Source: a virus
Taxonomy: Duplodnaviria > Caudoviricetes
Reading direction: 5' to 3' (one strand)
IMG/VR virus record: IMGVR_UViG_3300032225_000704
Span: 1-30,986 of that record
Length of the DNA: 30,986 nt
The notes below the pieces were generated by a model. The model had not been told where the DNA came from, ran no database searches, and worked only from the letters and a program-made list of their open reading frames with translations. This document shows positions 14,952 to 24,714 of this stretch, piece after piece. Position 1 is the first letter of the stretch, and the number at the start of each line of letters is the position of its first letter. The position numbers and the translations under genes were made by a program.

Positions 14952-17495
14952 ATGACTACAGCAAAACGTAGTGTGACGATGGATGAAAATGGTAATTTTG
15001 TTATCAGAACTGATTATGATCCAAATGGAATACAAGATGATACGATAAGTCTTGCAAATAGAGTAGGTAATAATTTTGAAGATAGTATTTTACACTATTA
15101 TGTAATTGCCAATAATCATTCCGATTTAGAATCATTGTATTATGAATTAGAAACAGAAGGTATTAGTCCAGCAAATACTGATATAACAAGGTCGGTAGAA
15201 TGTGTGGAACGTAGGCCATCTAGTCGTGGAACTTTGTATGCTTTGACACAATCAGAAGTTGATTCATTAATCAATGATGAAAGAGTTTTAGATATACAAC
15301 CACATCCAAAACATCTTGGTATGGAACCAGTGTTGAATTCAACTCAACAAAGTAGTTCAAATTTTAATAAAAGCAGTACAATAAGTAATACATATATTAA
15401 TTGGGGCCTATTGAGATGTACTTCAGAACAACAGATTTCAAATTGGGGTAGTGGTGCTTATGATTATAATACTGGGTACCCAGGCGCTGCACCAGCTGGT
15501 TCTTTTTCAACCACATCCGGTTCAATCGAATTAACACAAACAGGTAGAAATGTAGATTTCATTAATTTAGATGATGACGGAATTGCTGTTGCACATCCAG
15601 AGTATGCAGTTAATCCTGACGGCACAGGAGGTTCAAGATTCGTATCTTTCAATTGGTATCAATATAGTCCTTATGTTTTAGGATATTCAGAGAATCCGTA
15701 TTTCTATCCAACAGCAGCAGCTAACGGAACTACCTATTATAATTCTACATCTTATCATCCAACACACGTTTCAGGAACAGTTGCGGGTAATACACAAGGT
15801 TTTGCTAGAGATGCAAACATTTATCACATATCATATAATACACATGATTCAAGTTCAACATCATATTGTTTTAATTATATAAAAGAATTTCATAACAGAA
15901 AAGCAATTAATCCAAATACAGGAATAAAAAATCCAACTATTGTGAACTCCAGTTGGGGTTATCAAATTTCAAGTTCAATTTGGAATTGGGCAAGAATTAC
16001 AGGAGTTTATTATAGAGGTGTAAATTATATTGGGCCTGTATACGCTGGTTATATGGGTGGACAATGGGCTTGGTACAGCAGCAATTGGATAGAAAATATA
16101 ACTTGGGAAAGAACAGAAAATTATTATTATAGTTTTACGGATTTTGGTGGTTATTCGGTATTATATGCAAATACAGGAGCCACATTATTAGGTTCAACCG
16201 GACTAACGGAGTATTCAACACCAACATCAGGTAATACAGATATTGGTTATTGGCAAGTAAATTTGCCTTTTCCATTTAGATGTGGTTATTCAAGTACACA
16301 AACATTATATATTAACACAAATCAAACAATCACAGCAAACGCACCATTCACAGTTAAGACAACAAGTGGACAAGATTATGTTGATTTCAATACATTGGTC
16401 AATACATTAGGATTACCTGTTCATTCACCACCGGAAAGTGTTGCAGTAAATCCGGCATGGTTCTGGAATTCAGGTAATAGAAGTATACAGAGAGTATTCC
16501 ATGGATTGGAAGGTTCTGCACCAAACACAGTATATAGAATTAGAATAGAATCTGATTATGCAAATACAGGAGTTTCAATAGGTCAATCTGGTTGTATATC
16601 TGAATGGAAATTCTTTCAAAATACTGCTGGTAGAATTGATATAAATTTTGGACCAAATAATGCTAAAATTCGCCAAGGCACACAATTTAGTATAGACCAG
16701 ATTTCAAATTTTGGATTTCCCCAATTAGATAAAGCACCTTTTAACACAGGTGTACCAGCAAGAATTTCGGTTGTTGATGCTGATGTTGAAGATATTTTAA
16801 AAAATGGAATAATACACGTTGGATCAGCAGGAAATTCAAACTTTAAAATTGATGTTCCTGGAGGACAAGATTGGAATAATACATTTGAACTTGGAAATCA
16901 TTATTCCTCATCTATACAATATCCAATTTTTTACAATCAAGGTGCTAGTCCGAATAATCATGATAGTAAATCATATGGAGGAAATTATGATACAATGGAT
17001 AACATTGTTGTCGGTGCTTTAGACGTTACACCATATGATAGTAAAGCAGTTTTTAGTAATGCAGGTCCAGGTGTAGATATATGGGCACCAGGAGTATATA
17101 TACAAAGCTCTACAACTAAAGGTGTCTCTAGTAGTTTACCCGATACAAGGTCATCAGATTCTGCCAATAATACAATAGGCAAAATGTCAGGTACATCCAT
17201 GTCAGCACCACAAGTTACTGGTATATTGGCTTGTGCGTTAGAAATTTATCCGCATATGACACCAAACACCGCAAAAGCATATATTATAAACACAGCTAAA
17301 GTGAATCAAATAACAGATTTTACTGATCCAAATTCATCTAGAGGGTACTATGCGTTGTGGGGTGGACCAAATCGTATTGTACATTATAAAAGAGAAAGAC
17401 CTGAGTTAGGTGCAGTATATCCTAAAGCAAATAATCAATCAAGGCCAGTAACTGGTTCTGTTTGGCCGAGACCAAAAATTAAGAAAACACAATAA
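14952..17495 (+). CDS. Subtilisin-like serine protease (peptidase S8) with N-terminal prodomain and large internal insertion
   Basis: Motifs in subtilase order: Asp (VDFINLDDDG, ~15570), His (YHPTHVSGTVAG, 15756), oxyanion (GSAGN), VDIWAPG and Ser (SGTSMSAPQVTG, 17196). Also IVNSSWG and IVVGAL. Confidence 0.9.
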   Translation: MTTAKRSVTMDENGNFVIRTDYDPNGIQDDTISLANRVGNNFEDSILHYYVIANNHSDLESLYYELETEGISPANTDITRSVECVERRPSSRGTLYALTQSEVDSLINDERVLDIQPHPKHLGMEPVLNSTQQSSSNFNKSSTISNTYINWGLLRCTSEQQISNWGSGAYDYNTGYPGAAPAGSFSTTSGSIELTQTGRNVDFINLDDDGIAVAHPEYAVNPDGTGGSRFVSFNWYQYSPYVLGYSENPYFYPTAAANGTTYYNSTSYHPTHVSGTVAGNTQGFARDANIYHISYNTHDSSSTSYCFNYIKEFHNRKAINPNTGIKNPTIVNSSWGYQISSSIWNWARITGVYYRGVNYIGPVYAGYMGGQWAWYSSNWIENITWERTENYYYSFTDFGGYSVLYANTGATLLGSTGLTEYSTPTSGNTDIGYWQVNLPFPFRCGYSSTQTLYINTNQTITANAPFTVKTTSGQDYVDFNTLVNTLGLPVHSPPESVAVNPAWFWNSGNRSIQRVFHGLEGSAPNTVYRIRIESDYANTGVSIGQSGCISEWKFFQNTAGRIDINFGPNNAKIRQGTQFSIDQISNFGFPQLDKAPFNTGVPARISVVDADVEDILKNGIIHVGSAGNSNFKIDVPGGQDWNNTFELGNHYSSSIQYPIFYNQGASPNNHDSKSYGGNYDTMDNIVVGALDVTPYDSKAVFSNAGPGVDIWAPGVYIQSSTTKGVSSSLPDTRSSDSANNTIGKMSGTSMSAPQVTGILACALEIYPHMTPNTAKAYIINTAKVNQITDFTDPNSSRGYYALWGGPNRIVHYKRERPELGAVYPKANNQSRPVTGSVWPRPKIKKTQ

Positions 17496-17540
17496 TTAGA
17501 CACCTAAATATAAAGAAAAGTCTTTATATATGGAGAAATA

Positions 17541-18314
17541 ATGTCTATAACAACAACAAGAACCAATTTTAAAAATTATTGTCTTAAAAGATTAGGATTT
17601 CCTGTGATTGAAATCAATATTGATGACGACCAGGTAGAAGACCGTATTGATGATGCACTCCAATATTATCAAGATTATCATTTTGATGGTTTACAAAAAG
17701 TATTTTATATAAAAGCAATTGACCAAACAGATATCAATAACAAATATTTGGACCTAACACAAGCCAAAGATTCATCAAATAATGCTTTAGATATTACGGG
17801 AATTACACGTATCTTTCCGGTTACTGATTCACAATCTTCGGTTAATATGTTTGACCTAAGATACCAACTTCGTTTAAATGAGTTATATGACTTCACATCA
17901 GCTTCCTACATCAACTACACATTAACTCAACAACACCTTCGTTCACTAGAATTGATGTTCTCTGGTGAAGTTCCAATTCGTTTCCAAAGACATATGCAAA
18001 GACTCTATATCGATTGGGCATGGGGAGCATCAGAAGCACCAGTTGGTACACATGTAATTGCCGAATGTTATGCTGTTGTGGATCCAACAGTATATGGTCG
18101 TGTGTGGAATGACCGTTGGTTAAAAGAATATGCAACAACACTTATTAAAATTCAATGGGGTTCCAATCTCAAAAAGTTTGCTGGCATTCAATTACCAGGT
18201 GGTGTTTCACTAAATGGTAATGTAATCTTTGATGAAGCCATGGAAGAAAAGAAACGACTTGAAGAAGATATGATTAATAATTATTCAGGTCCATTAGAAA
18301 TGTTTATGAACTAA
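17541..18314 (+). CDS. gp13: Neck protein gp13
   Basis: YCLKRLGFPVIEIN.DDDQ...IDDALQYYQDYHFDG, WLKEYAT.LIK.QWG.NL.KF.GIQLPGGV.LNG. First gene of the T4-like gp13-gp23 block. CCTAAATA at 17503-17510 and GGAGA SD. Confidence 0.93.
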   Translation: MSITTTRTNFKNYCLKRLGFPVIEINIDDDQVEDRIDDALQYYQDYHFDGLQKVFYIKAIDQTDINNKYLDLTQAKDSSNNALDITGITRIFPVTDSQSSVNMFDLRYQLRLNELYDFTSASYINYTLTQQHLRSLELMFSGEVPIRFQRHMQRLYIDWAWGASEAPVGTHVIAECYAVVDPTVYGRVWNDRWLKEYATTLIKIQWGSNLKKFAGIQLPGGVSLNGNVIFDEAMEEKKRLEEDMINNYSGPLEMFMN

Positions 18315-18315
18315 A

Positions 18316-19197
18316 ATGGCAACATCCGTATATTTTAATAACTACAACTCTCACGCTGAACAAAGAGTTGTAGAAGACCTTATCGTAGAGTCCATAAAAA
18401 TTATGGGTTTTGATGCGTACTATTTACCTATCTTTAATCCAGACGATAGAGATATTTTATACGGTGAAGATCCAGTTAAGAAATTCAAATCAGCATTTCC
18501 TGTTGAATTTTATTTGTCTAGTTCAATGGAATATTCGGGTGAAAGAGAATTCTTTTCTAAATTTGGTCTTGAAATCAAAAATAATGCCAACGTTATCATT
18601 TCAAAACGTTCATTTTCACAACGTGTACCACAAAATACTTTTACAAGACCACGTGAAGGTGATTTAATTTATGTACCTTTTCTAAATGGTACAGGTGAAT
18701 TATTTGAAATTAAATTTGTAAACCACACAAAGGACTTCTTTACTTTGGGTCGTAAAATACCTTTCTTCTATGAATTGGAACTTGAGAAATTTAAGTATTC
18801 ACAAGAAGTTATTGAAACTGGTGTGGCAGATATCGATGATGCTGTTACACAATCTAGTTACACATTAGATTTAAATGTTACAAATGGCTTAAGAAATTAT
18901 ACACAAAAAGAAATTGTGTTTCAATCACCCGATACGACACAAGCAAATGCTACGGTGGTGGCCATCGTACAAAATTGGAGCAATACATCAAACACATTAA
19001 GTGTTACCAATATTGCTGGCGAATTTATTGATGGTCGACTAATTGTTGGTGCAACAAGTAACGCAAGACATACATTAATTTCTTTTGATACATTAAAAGA
19101 TTCAACAAGAAATGAAACGTATGATAATTTATATATTGAAAATCAAGCAAATAATATTACCGATTTTACGGAAATTAATCCGTTTGGGAAAATCTAA
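18316..19197 (+). CDS. gp14: Neck/head-closure protein gp14
   Basis: EQRVVEDLIVESIKIMG.D.YYLP, FSKFGLEI, RPREGDLIY.P, LFEIKFV, C-terminal DFTEINPFG. Synteny. Confidence 0.92.
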   Translation: MATSVYFNNYNSHAEQRVVEDLIVESIKIMGFDAYYLPIFNPDDRDILYGEDPVKKFKSAFPVEFYLSSSMEYSGEREFFSKFGLEIKNNANVIISKRSFSQRVPQNTFTRPREGDLIYVPFLNGTGELFEIKFVNHTKDFFTLGRKIPFFYELELEKFKYSQEVIETGVADIDDAVTQSSYTLDLNVTNGLRNYTQKEIVFQSPDTTQANATVVAIVQNWSNTSNTLSVTNIAGEFIDGRLIVGATSNARHTLISFDTLKDSTRNETYDNLYIENQANNITDFTEINPFGKI

Positions 19198-20183
19198 TGT
19201 CAACACCACAATATAACCGTGTAATTCGTAAAATGGTTGTTGGTTTTGGCAACCTTTTTAATGAAATTACTTTAGTTAGATATAATCCAGATTTGTCTGA
19301 AGCAGAACGTTTTCTAATACCAATTGCTTATGCAACCAAAGAACGTTATGTAATGAGAATTGAAGATGATTTGGATTTAGATAAAAAAGTTCAAGTGGCA
19401 TTACCAAGATTATCTTTTGAGATGACAGGATTATCATATGATTCATCCAGAAAACAGAACACAAATATTAAAAATTTTGCACAAACTTCATCTGGTGTTG
19501 TTGCTCAATATAATCCTGTACCTTACAATTTTGATTTCTCTTTATATCTGTATGTAAGAAATATTGAAGATGCTACACAAGTACTAGAACATATAATTCC
19601 ATATTTCACACCAGATTATACAATTAAATTAAATTTAATTCCTGAGATGGGTATCGTCAAAGAAATACCAATCATTTTAAATAATACATCACATGAAATT
19701 GTTTATGAAGGTGATAGAGACCAAGAAACCAGAATGATTATTTGGACATTAAATTTCACAGTTAAAGGTTTCATATTTGGTAAATCATCTACTGCCGGTA
19801 TCATTAAAACATCTATTACAAATATTCTAAATGATATTGGACCAAATGACGTTGTGGCATTTAATATGACTTCACCTGGAATTGGTACATATCAAGTTGG
19901 TGAAGTTGTTTATCAAGGATTCTCTGCAACAACACCAACAGCTACAGGAAAAGTTATTTCTTGGAATAATAATATTCTAAAGTTATCAAATATAAATGGT
20001 AATTTTGTTTCTTCACAACCAGTTTATGGTGTAAATAATAACGCAAGTTATGTGTTTAATTCTTATAATAGAATTGGTGCAATTTCAAATACTATAGTTA
20101 CTATAACATCAACTCCTTCACCTAATACAGCAAACGCCAACAGTTTATATACATATCATAATACAATAGTTGAACGAGGTTAA
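19197..20183 (+). CDS. gp15: Tail sheath stabiliser/terminator gp15
   Basis: IRKMVVGFGNLFN, PIAY..KE, LPRLSFEM, PVPYNF.F.L, QVLEHIIPYF.P.Y, IIWTL.FT.KG. Synteny. Confidence 0.92.
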   Translation: MSTPQYNRVIRKMVVGFGNLFNEITLVRYNPDLSEAERFLIPIAYATKERYVMRIEDDLDLDKKVQVALPRLSFEMTGLSYDSSRKQNTNIKNFAQTSSGVVAQYNPVPYNFDFSLYLYVRNIEDATQVLEHIIPYFTPDYTIKLNLIPEMGIVKEIPIILNNTSHEIVYEGDRDQETRMIIWTLNFTVKGFIFGKSSTAGIIKTSITNILNDIGPNDVVAFNMTSPGIGTYQVGEVVYQGFSATTPTATGKVISWNNNILKLSNINGNFVSSQPVYGVNNNASYVFNSYNRIGAISNTIVTITSTPSPNTANANSLYTYHNTIVERG

Positions 20184-20194
20184 AATAAAAAATT

Positions 20195-20611
20195 ATGAAC
20201 ACTTTTGACAAAAATATGGAAAAAATCTTCGATGTGACACCGGTTGAAGAAGAAGTAAAACCATTGGTACCAATAGTAAGTAAGTCAGCAACAGATGATA
20301 TCGACTTAAAAACAGACCTGGTCGATGCCTATGAACAATCCAAAAGTAACCTACAAGATATTATCGAACAAGGTAAAGACGCCATGGAAGAAATCCTACA
20401 GATTGCCAAGGCAGGTCAACACCCAAGAGCATTTGAAGTTTACGGCACTCTACTAAAAAATATGGTAGAAGCAAACGACAGACTATTGAAGATGCAAAAA
20501 GAAATGCGTGAAATGGACGGCAAGAAAAGAGAAGCTGACACCAAAATTAACAACGCTCTTTTTGTAGGTTCTACGGCAGAACTAAGTAAGTTTCTCAAAG
20601 GTAAAGAATGA
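20195..20611 (+). CDS. gp16: Terminase small subunit gp16
   Basis: HPRAFEVYGTL and NNALFVGSTAEL motifs. ATGA overlap with gp17. Confidence 0.92.
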   Translation: MNTFDKNMEKIFDVTPVEEEVKPLVPIVSKSATDDIDLKTDLVDAYEQSKSNLQDIIEQGKDAMEEILQIAKAGQHPRAFEVYGTLLKNMVEANDRLLKMQKEMREMDGKKREADTKINNALFVGSTAELSKFLKGKE

Positions 20612-22299
20612 CCGGTGATTTAAGATTTGGTGAAGCATACCGTGACAATCCTTTACTTAAAAAGGCAGGCGTTACAGTAGAGTATACACAAGAACAAGTT
20701 GATGAATATATTAAATGTTCCAAAGACCCTGTTTATTTTGCCAAGAATTATGTAAAGATTGTCAACGTTGATGAGGGTCTAATCAATTTTAGAATGTGGC
20801 CATTTCAAGAAGAAATGATTAAGTTATTTGCCAAAGACCGATTTGTTATCACTAAATGTCCTCGTCAGGTTGGTAAAACAACTACGACAGTTGCTTATAT
20901 GTTATGGGCAACCATCTTTACTGAAACACAAAACTGTGCTGTGTTGGCCAACAAAGGCTCGTTAGCCAGAGATATTTTAGCCAAGTACCAGTTGGCATAT
21001 GAAAATTTACCTATCTGGTTACAACAAGGTGTTGTCACATGGAACAAAGGTAACGTAGAACTTGAGAATGGATCTAAGATTATTGCTGCCTCTACATCAT
21101 CATCTGCTATTCGAGGTGGTTCATTTAACATTGTATTCTTAGACGAATTTGCTTTCGTGCCGAATAATATTGCTGAAGAATTTTTCAACTCTGTTTATCC
21201 TGTAATTTCATCAGGTAAAAAAACAAAGATTATTATTGTGTCTACACCAAATGGTATGAACCTGTTCTACAAGTTATGGATGGATTCTTTGAACAAAAAG
21301 AACAACTATACCAACTTTGAGATTCACTGGTCTATGGTACCAGGTCGTGATGAAAAATGGAAAGAAGAAACAATTCGAAACACCTCTGAACGTCAGTTCA
21401 AGCAAGAGTTTGAAACTGAATTCTTGGGTTCAACCAATACATTGATATCTGGTTACAAGTTACAACAATTGGTTTACAGAGACCCTATTGCTAACCATGA
21501 CCTACTGAAAATTTATGAACATCCGGTCAAAGAAGATGTAAATGATGCCAAATCGGATCACCTATATTGTATCTGTGTGGATGTGTCAGAAGGTAAGAAT
21601 TTAGATAGTTCTGCCTTCTCAGTCATCGATATATCTCAAACACCATACAAACAGGTGGCAACTTATAAGAGTTCATCAATCACTCCTATATTGTTCCCAA
21701 CAGTCATTTATAATACCGCTAGATACTATAATGATGCCTATGTTTTGGTAGAAATTAATAATAATCCACAAGTGGCAGATTCATTACACAATGATTTTGA
21801 ATATGAAAACTTATGGAAAATATTTACAGGCAACAAGAAACCACAACAACTGTCTGCTGGATTTGCTCGTGGTATTCAAATGGGTCTGAAAATGTCTGTT
21901 CAAGTCAAAGCAATTGGTTGTTCCAACCTTAAAACTCTGATTGAAGGCGACAAATTATTAATTAATGACTTTGATACTTATTCAGAATTGACCACTTTTG
22001 TACAACAAAAGAATACATTTAAAGCTGAAGAAGGTGCAAATGATGACACCGTTATGCCTTTAGTCATGTTTTCATGGTTAACTACTCAACAATATTTCAA
22101 AGAAATTGTTAATCATGACATCCGTAAACAGATTCAGTTGGAAAATATGAATCAAATTGATGATGATATGCTGCCAGCCCCTATAATTGAAGATGGTCTA
22201 GAACACGATTTTGAAATTATGGGTGGTGATTTGTGGGAAGTTGCAAATGGCGGTGAGACTTATGCCGGATTCACAAAGAAGATGATTGAGAGAATGTAA
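20608..22299 (+). CDS. gp17: Terminase large subunit gp17
   Basis: Walker A PRQVGKTT, Walker B VFLDEFAF, coupling motif STPNG, nuclease acidic residues VDVSEG and NDD. Confidence 0.97.
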   Translation: MTGDLRFGEAYRDNPLLKKAGVTVEYTQEQVDEYIKCSKDPVYFAKNYVKIVNVDEGLINFRMWPFQEEMIKLFAKDRFVITKCPRQVGKTTTTVAYMLWATIFTETQNCAVLANKGSLARDILAKYQLAYENLPIWLQQGVVTWNKGNVELENGSKIIAASTSSSAIRGGSFNIVFLDEFAFVPNNIAEEFFNSVYPVISSGKKTKIIIVSTPNGMNLFYKLWMDSLNKKNNYTNFEIHWSMVPGRDEKWKEETIRNTSERQFKQEFETEFLGSTNTLISGYKLQQLVYRDPIANHDLLKIYEHPVKEDVNDAKSDHLYCICVDVSEGKNLDSSAFSVIDISQTPYKQVATYKSSSITPILFPTVIYNTARYYNDAYVLVEINNNPQVADSLHNDFEYENLWKIFTGNKKPQQLSAGFARGIQMGLKMSVQVKAIGCSNLKTLIEGDKLLINDFDTYSELTTFVQQKNTFKAEEGANDDTVMPLVMFSWLTTQQYFKEIVNHDIRKQIQLENMNQIDDDMLPAPIIEDGLEHDFEIMGGDLWEVANGGETYAGFTKKMIERM

Positions 22300-22310
22300 A
22301 TCCGGCGTTT

Positions 22311-22318
22311 CATAAATA
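22311..22318 (+). promoter_or_regulatory. Late promoter variant CATAAATA upstream of gp18
   Basis: 7/8 match in the gp17-gp18 gap. AAGGAG SD follows. Confidence 0.65.
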
Positions 22319-22367
22319 TAAAATATGGTATAACTGCCAAAAAACATAATAATTCAAGGAGAATAAA

Positions 22368-24080
22368 ATGGCATTTCAAATCTCTCCAGGTGTAAATGTA
22401 TCAGAAGTAGACTTAACTACAGTCGTTCCTTCTACATCTACAACTACTGGTGCTTTTACTGGAAGATTCCAATGGGGTCCAGCAAACAAAATCAAACAAA
22501 TAACTAATGAAGTTTCTTTGGTACAAACATTTGGTGAACCAAATTCAAATACAGCAACATCATTTTTTACTTGTGCAAACTTTTTATCATATGGAAACAA
22601 TTTACTAGTTGTTCGTTCTGTTGCTTCTGGCACATTAAATGCTGACGCAAATACAAGTGCTTCGAATATTCAAATTACAAATGAAGATATTTTTGAATCA
22701 GCATATTTAAATGTTTTGAATTCAAACGCTTATGGTCCTTTTGTGGCACGTTATCCTGGTCAACTAGGCAATTCAATTAGAGTTGAAGTTTTTGATTCCA
22801 CAAATACCACATATTTCAATAACTGGACGTACAAATCTTATTTCTCATCTGTACCAGGTACTTCAGTACAAGCCGCAAGCGCTGGTGGTGCAAACGATGA
22901 AATTCATATTGTTGTTCTGGATGCAGGTGGTTTAATCACAGGTACAGCAAATACAGTTTTAGAAACATATCCATTTATTTCTAAAGCATTTGATGCCTCA
23001 ATAAATGGTTCAAGTAATTATTACAAACAAGTAATTTTCAACAATTCAAAATACATCTATTCGATGGATCCAGTTGATTATTCAAATACTTCTACCTCAT
23101 GGGGCACAAGTTCTTCTTCATCATTTGTTAGAATTTCGAGTGTTGCATATCCAAGTGGTGTTTATGGTGCCACTATGAATGGTGGTACAGACGCAACACC
23201 ATCGGATGCAAATTTACAAAGTTCTGCTTCTTTATTTGCAAATAAAGAAACTACTGATATTTCTTTAATTTTAACTGCTGACGCTTCAGTTTCTTCACAA
23301 CAATACGCTATTGATAATGTAGCAAACGTTCGTAAAGATTGTGTGGTATTCATTTCTCCACCTAGTGCAAACGTTATCAACCAAGCTGGTAATGAAACAA
23401 CAAACATTCAAGCGTGGTTATCTGCTTTGAGTCGTTCATCATCATATGTTGTTGCTGATTCTGGTTGGAAATATCAGTACGATAGATACAACAATACATA
23501 TCGTTGGATTCCGTTAAACGCTGATATTGCTGGTTTATGTGTATATACAGACACGATTAAAGACCCATGGTTCTCACCAGCTGGTTTCAATCGTGGTGCT
23601 ATTAAGAACTGTATCAAATTGGCATGGAATCCAAACAAGTCATTCCGTGATACATTGTATGCAGCAGGTGTTAATCCAGTTGTATCATTCCCAGGTCAAG
23701 GCACAGTATTGTTTGGCGATAAAACACTACAATCTAAGCCATCAGCTTTTGATAGAATCAACGTTCGCCGTTTGTTTATCACACTAGAAAAGTCTATTAC
23801 TAAGGCAGCACAATACTCATTGTTTGAAATGAATGATGAGTTTACCCGTGCTCAATTTGTAAGTTTAGTAACTCCATTCTTACGTGATATACAAGGTCGC
23901 CGTGGTATTACAGATTTCAAAGTGGTTTGTGACACAACTAATAATACTCCACAAGTTATTGATTCAAACCAATTTGTTGGTGATATCTACATTAAGCCTG
24001 CTCGTTCAGTAAACTTTATCCAGTTGAACTTTGTGGCCGTTGGAACTGGTGTTGACTTCAACACTATCGTTGGTGCTTAA
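22368..24080 (+). CDS. gp18: Tail sheath protein gp18 (compact, 570 aa)
   Basis: SPGVNVSEVDLT, F.WGP, ARYPG.LGN, PWFSPAG.NRG, SAFDRINVRRLF, IKPARSVNFIQLNFVA. Confidence 0.97.
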   Translation: MAFQISPGVNVSEVDLTTVVPSTSTTTGAFTGRFQWGPANKIKQITNEVSLVQTFGEPNSNTATSFFTCANFLSYGNNLLVVRSVASGTLNADANTSASNIQITNEDIFESAYLNVLNSNAYGPFVARYPGQLGNSIRVEVFDSTNTTYFNNWTYKSYFSSVPGTSVQAASAGGANDEIHIVVLDAGGLITGTANTVLETYPFISKAFDASINGSSNYYKQVIFNNSKYIYSMDPVDYSNTSTSWGTSSSSSFVRISSVAYPSGVYGATMNGGTDATPSDANLQSSASLFANKETTDISLILTADASVSSQQYAIDNVANVRKDCVVFISPPSANVINQAGNETTNIQAWLSALSRSSSYVVADSGWKYQYDRYNNTYRWIPLNADIAGLCVYTDTIKDPWFSPAGFNRGAIKNCIKLAWNPNKSFRDTLYAAGVNPVVSFPGQGTVLFGDKTLQSKPSAFDRINVRRLFITLEKSITKAAQYSLFEMNDEFTRAQFVSLVTPFLRDIQGRRGITDFKVVCDTTNNTPQVIDSNQFVGDIYIKPARSVNFIQLNFVAVGTGVDFNTIVGA

Positions 24081-24106
24081 TAAATAAAACATAACAGGAG
24101 AAAAGA

Positions 24107-24649
24107 ATGGCATTCAATGTAGCAGAATTTAGAGCAAATATGATTGGAGACGGTGCACGTCCTAATCTATTTTCAGTCTCTTTAACTTTTCCAACTATTG
24201 CTTCAAACAGTACTGTTTCTGGTCAAAAAGTAACATTCATGGCTAAAACTGCACAGTTACCAGGTTCCACAGTCGGTACTGTACCAGTTTATTACTTTGG
24301 TCGTGAATTGAAATTTGCTGGTAATAGAACATTTGCAGACTGGACATTAACAATCATCAACGATGAAGATTTCACTATCAGAAATTCCATCGAATCGTGG
24401 ATGAATGCTATCAACAGTCACGCAGGTAACGTCAGAAATGGCGCTGCAATTAATTCAAATGGTTACTCGGTTGATGCAACAGTTACACAATACGGAAAAA
24501 CTGGTGGCGATATTAAAAAATATAAGTTTGTTGGATTATTTCCAGTAGATTTAGCACCAATTGATTTAGATTGGGGTTCAAATGATACCATTGAAGAATA
24601 TGCAACAACATTTGCATATCAATGGTGGGAAGCTGACACAACTAATTGA
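24107..24649 (+). CDS. gp19: Tail tube protein gp19
   Basis: GARPNLF, A.LPGS.VG, GR.LK.AG.RTF.DWT.TI.NDEDF.IR, LDW.SND.IEE. AATAAATA at 24079-24086 and AGGAG upstream. Confidence 0.96.
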   Translation: MAFNVAEFRANMIGDGARPNLFSVSLTFPTIASNSTVSGQKVTFMAKTAQLPGSTVGTVPVYYFGRELKFAGNRTFADWTLTIINDEDFTIRNSIESWMNAINSHAGNVRNGAAINSNGYSVDATVTQYGKTGGDIKKYKFVGLFPVDLAPIDLDWGSNDTIEEYATTFAYQWWEADTTN

Positions 24650-24656
24650 TTTTTTT

Positions 24657-24691
24657 AAGGAGGGATTTATTCCCTCCTTTATGTTTTTTTT
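24657..24691 (+). terminator. Intrinsic terminator after gp19
   Basis: 9-bp stem aaggaggga/tccctcctt, 5-nt loop, followed by a T tract. Confidence 0.75.
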
Positions 24692-24714
24692 GACTTTATA
24701 ATTAACTAAAAAAT

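Noticed and set aside
1-17495. Site-specific invertible (shufflon-like) fibre switching
   Set aside because: All cassettes are on the same strand, and no recombinase gene or repeated inverted crossover sites were seen in this window.
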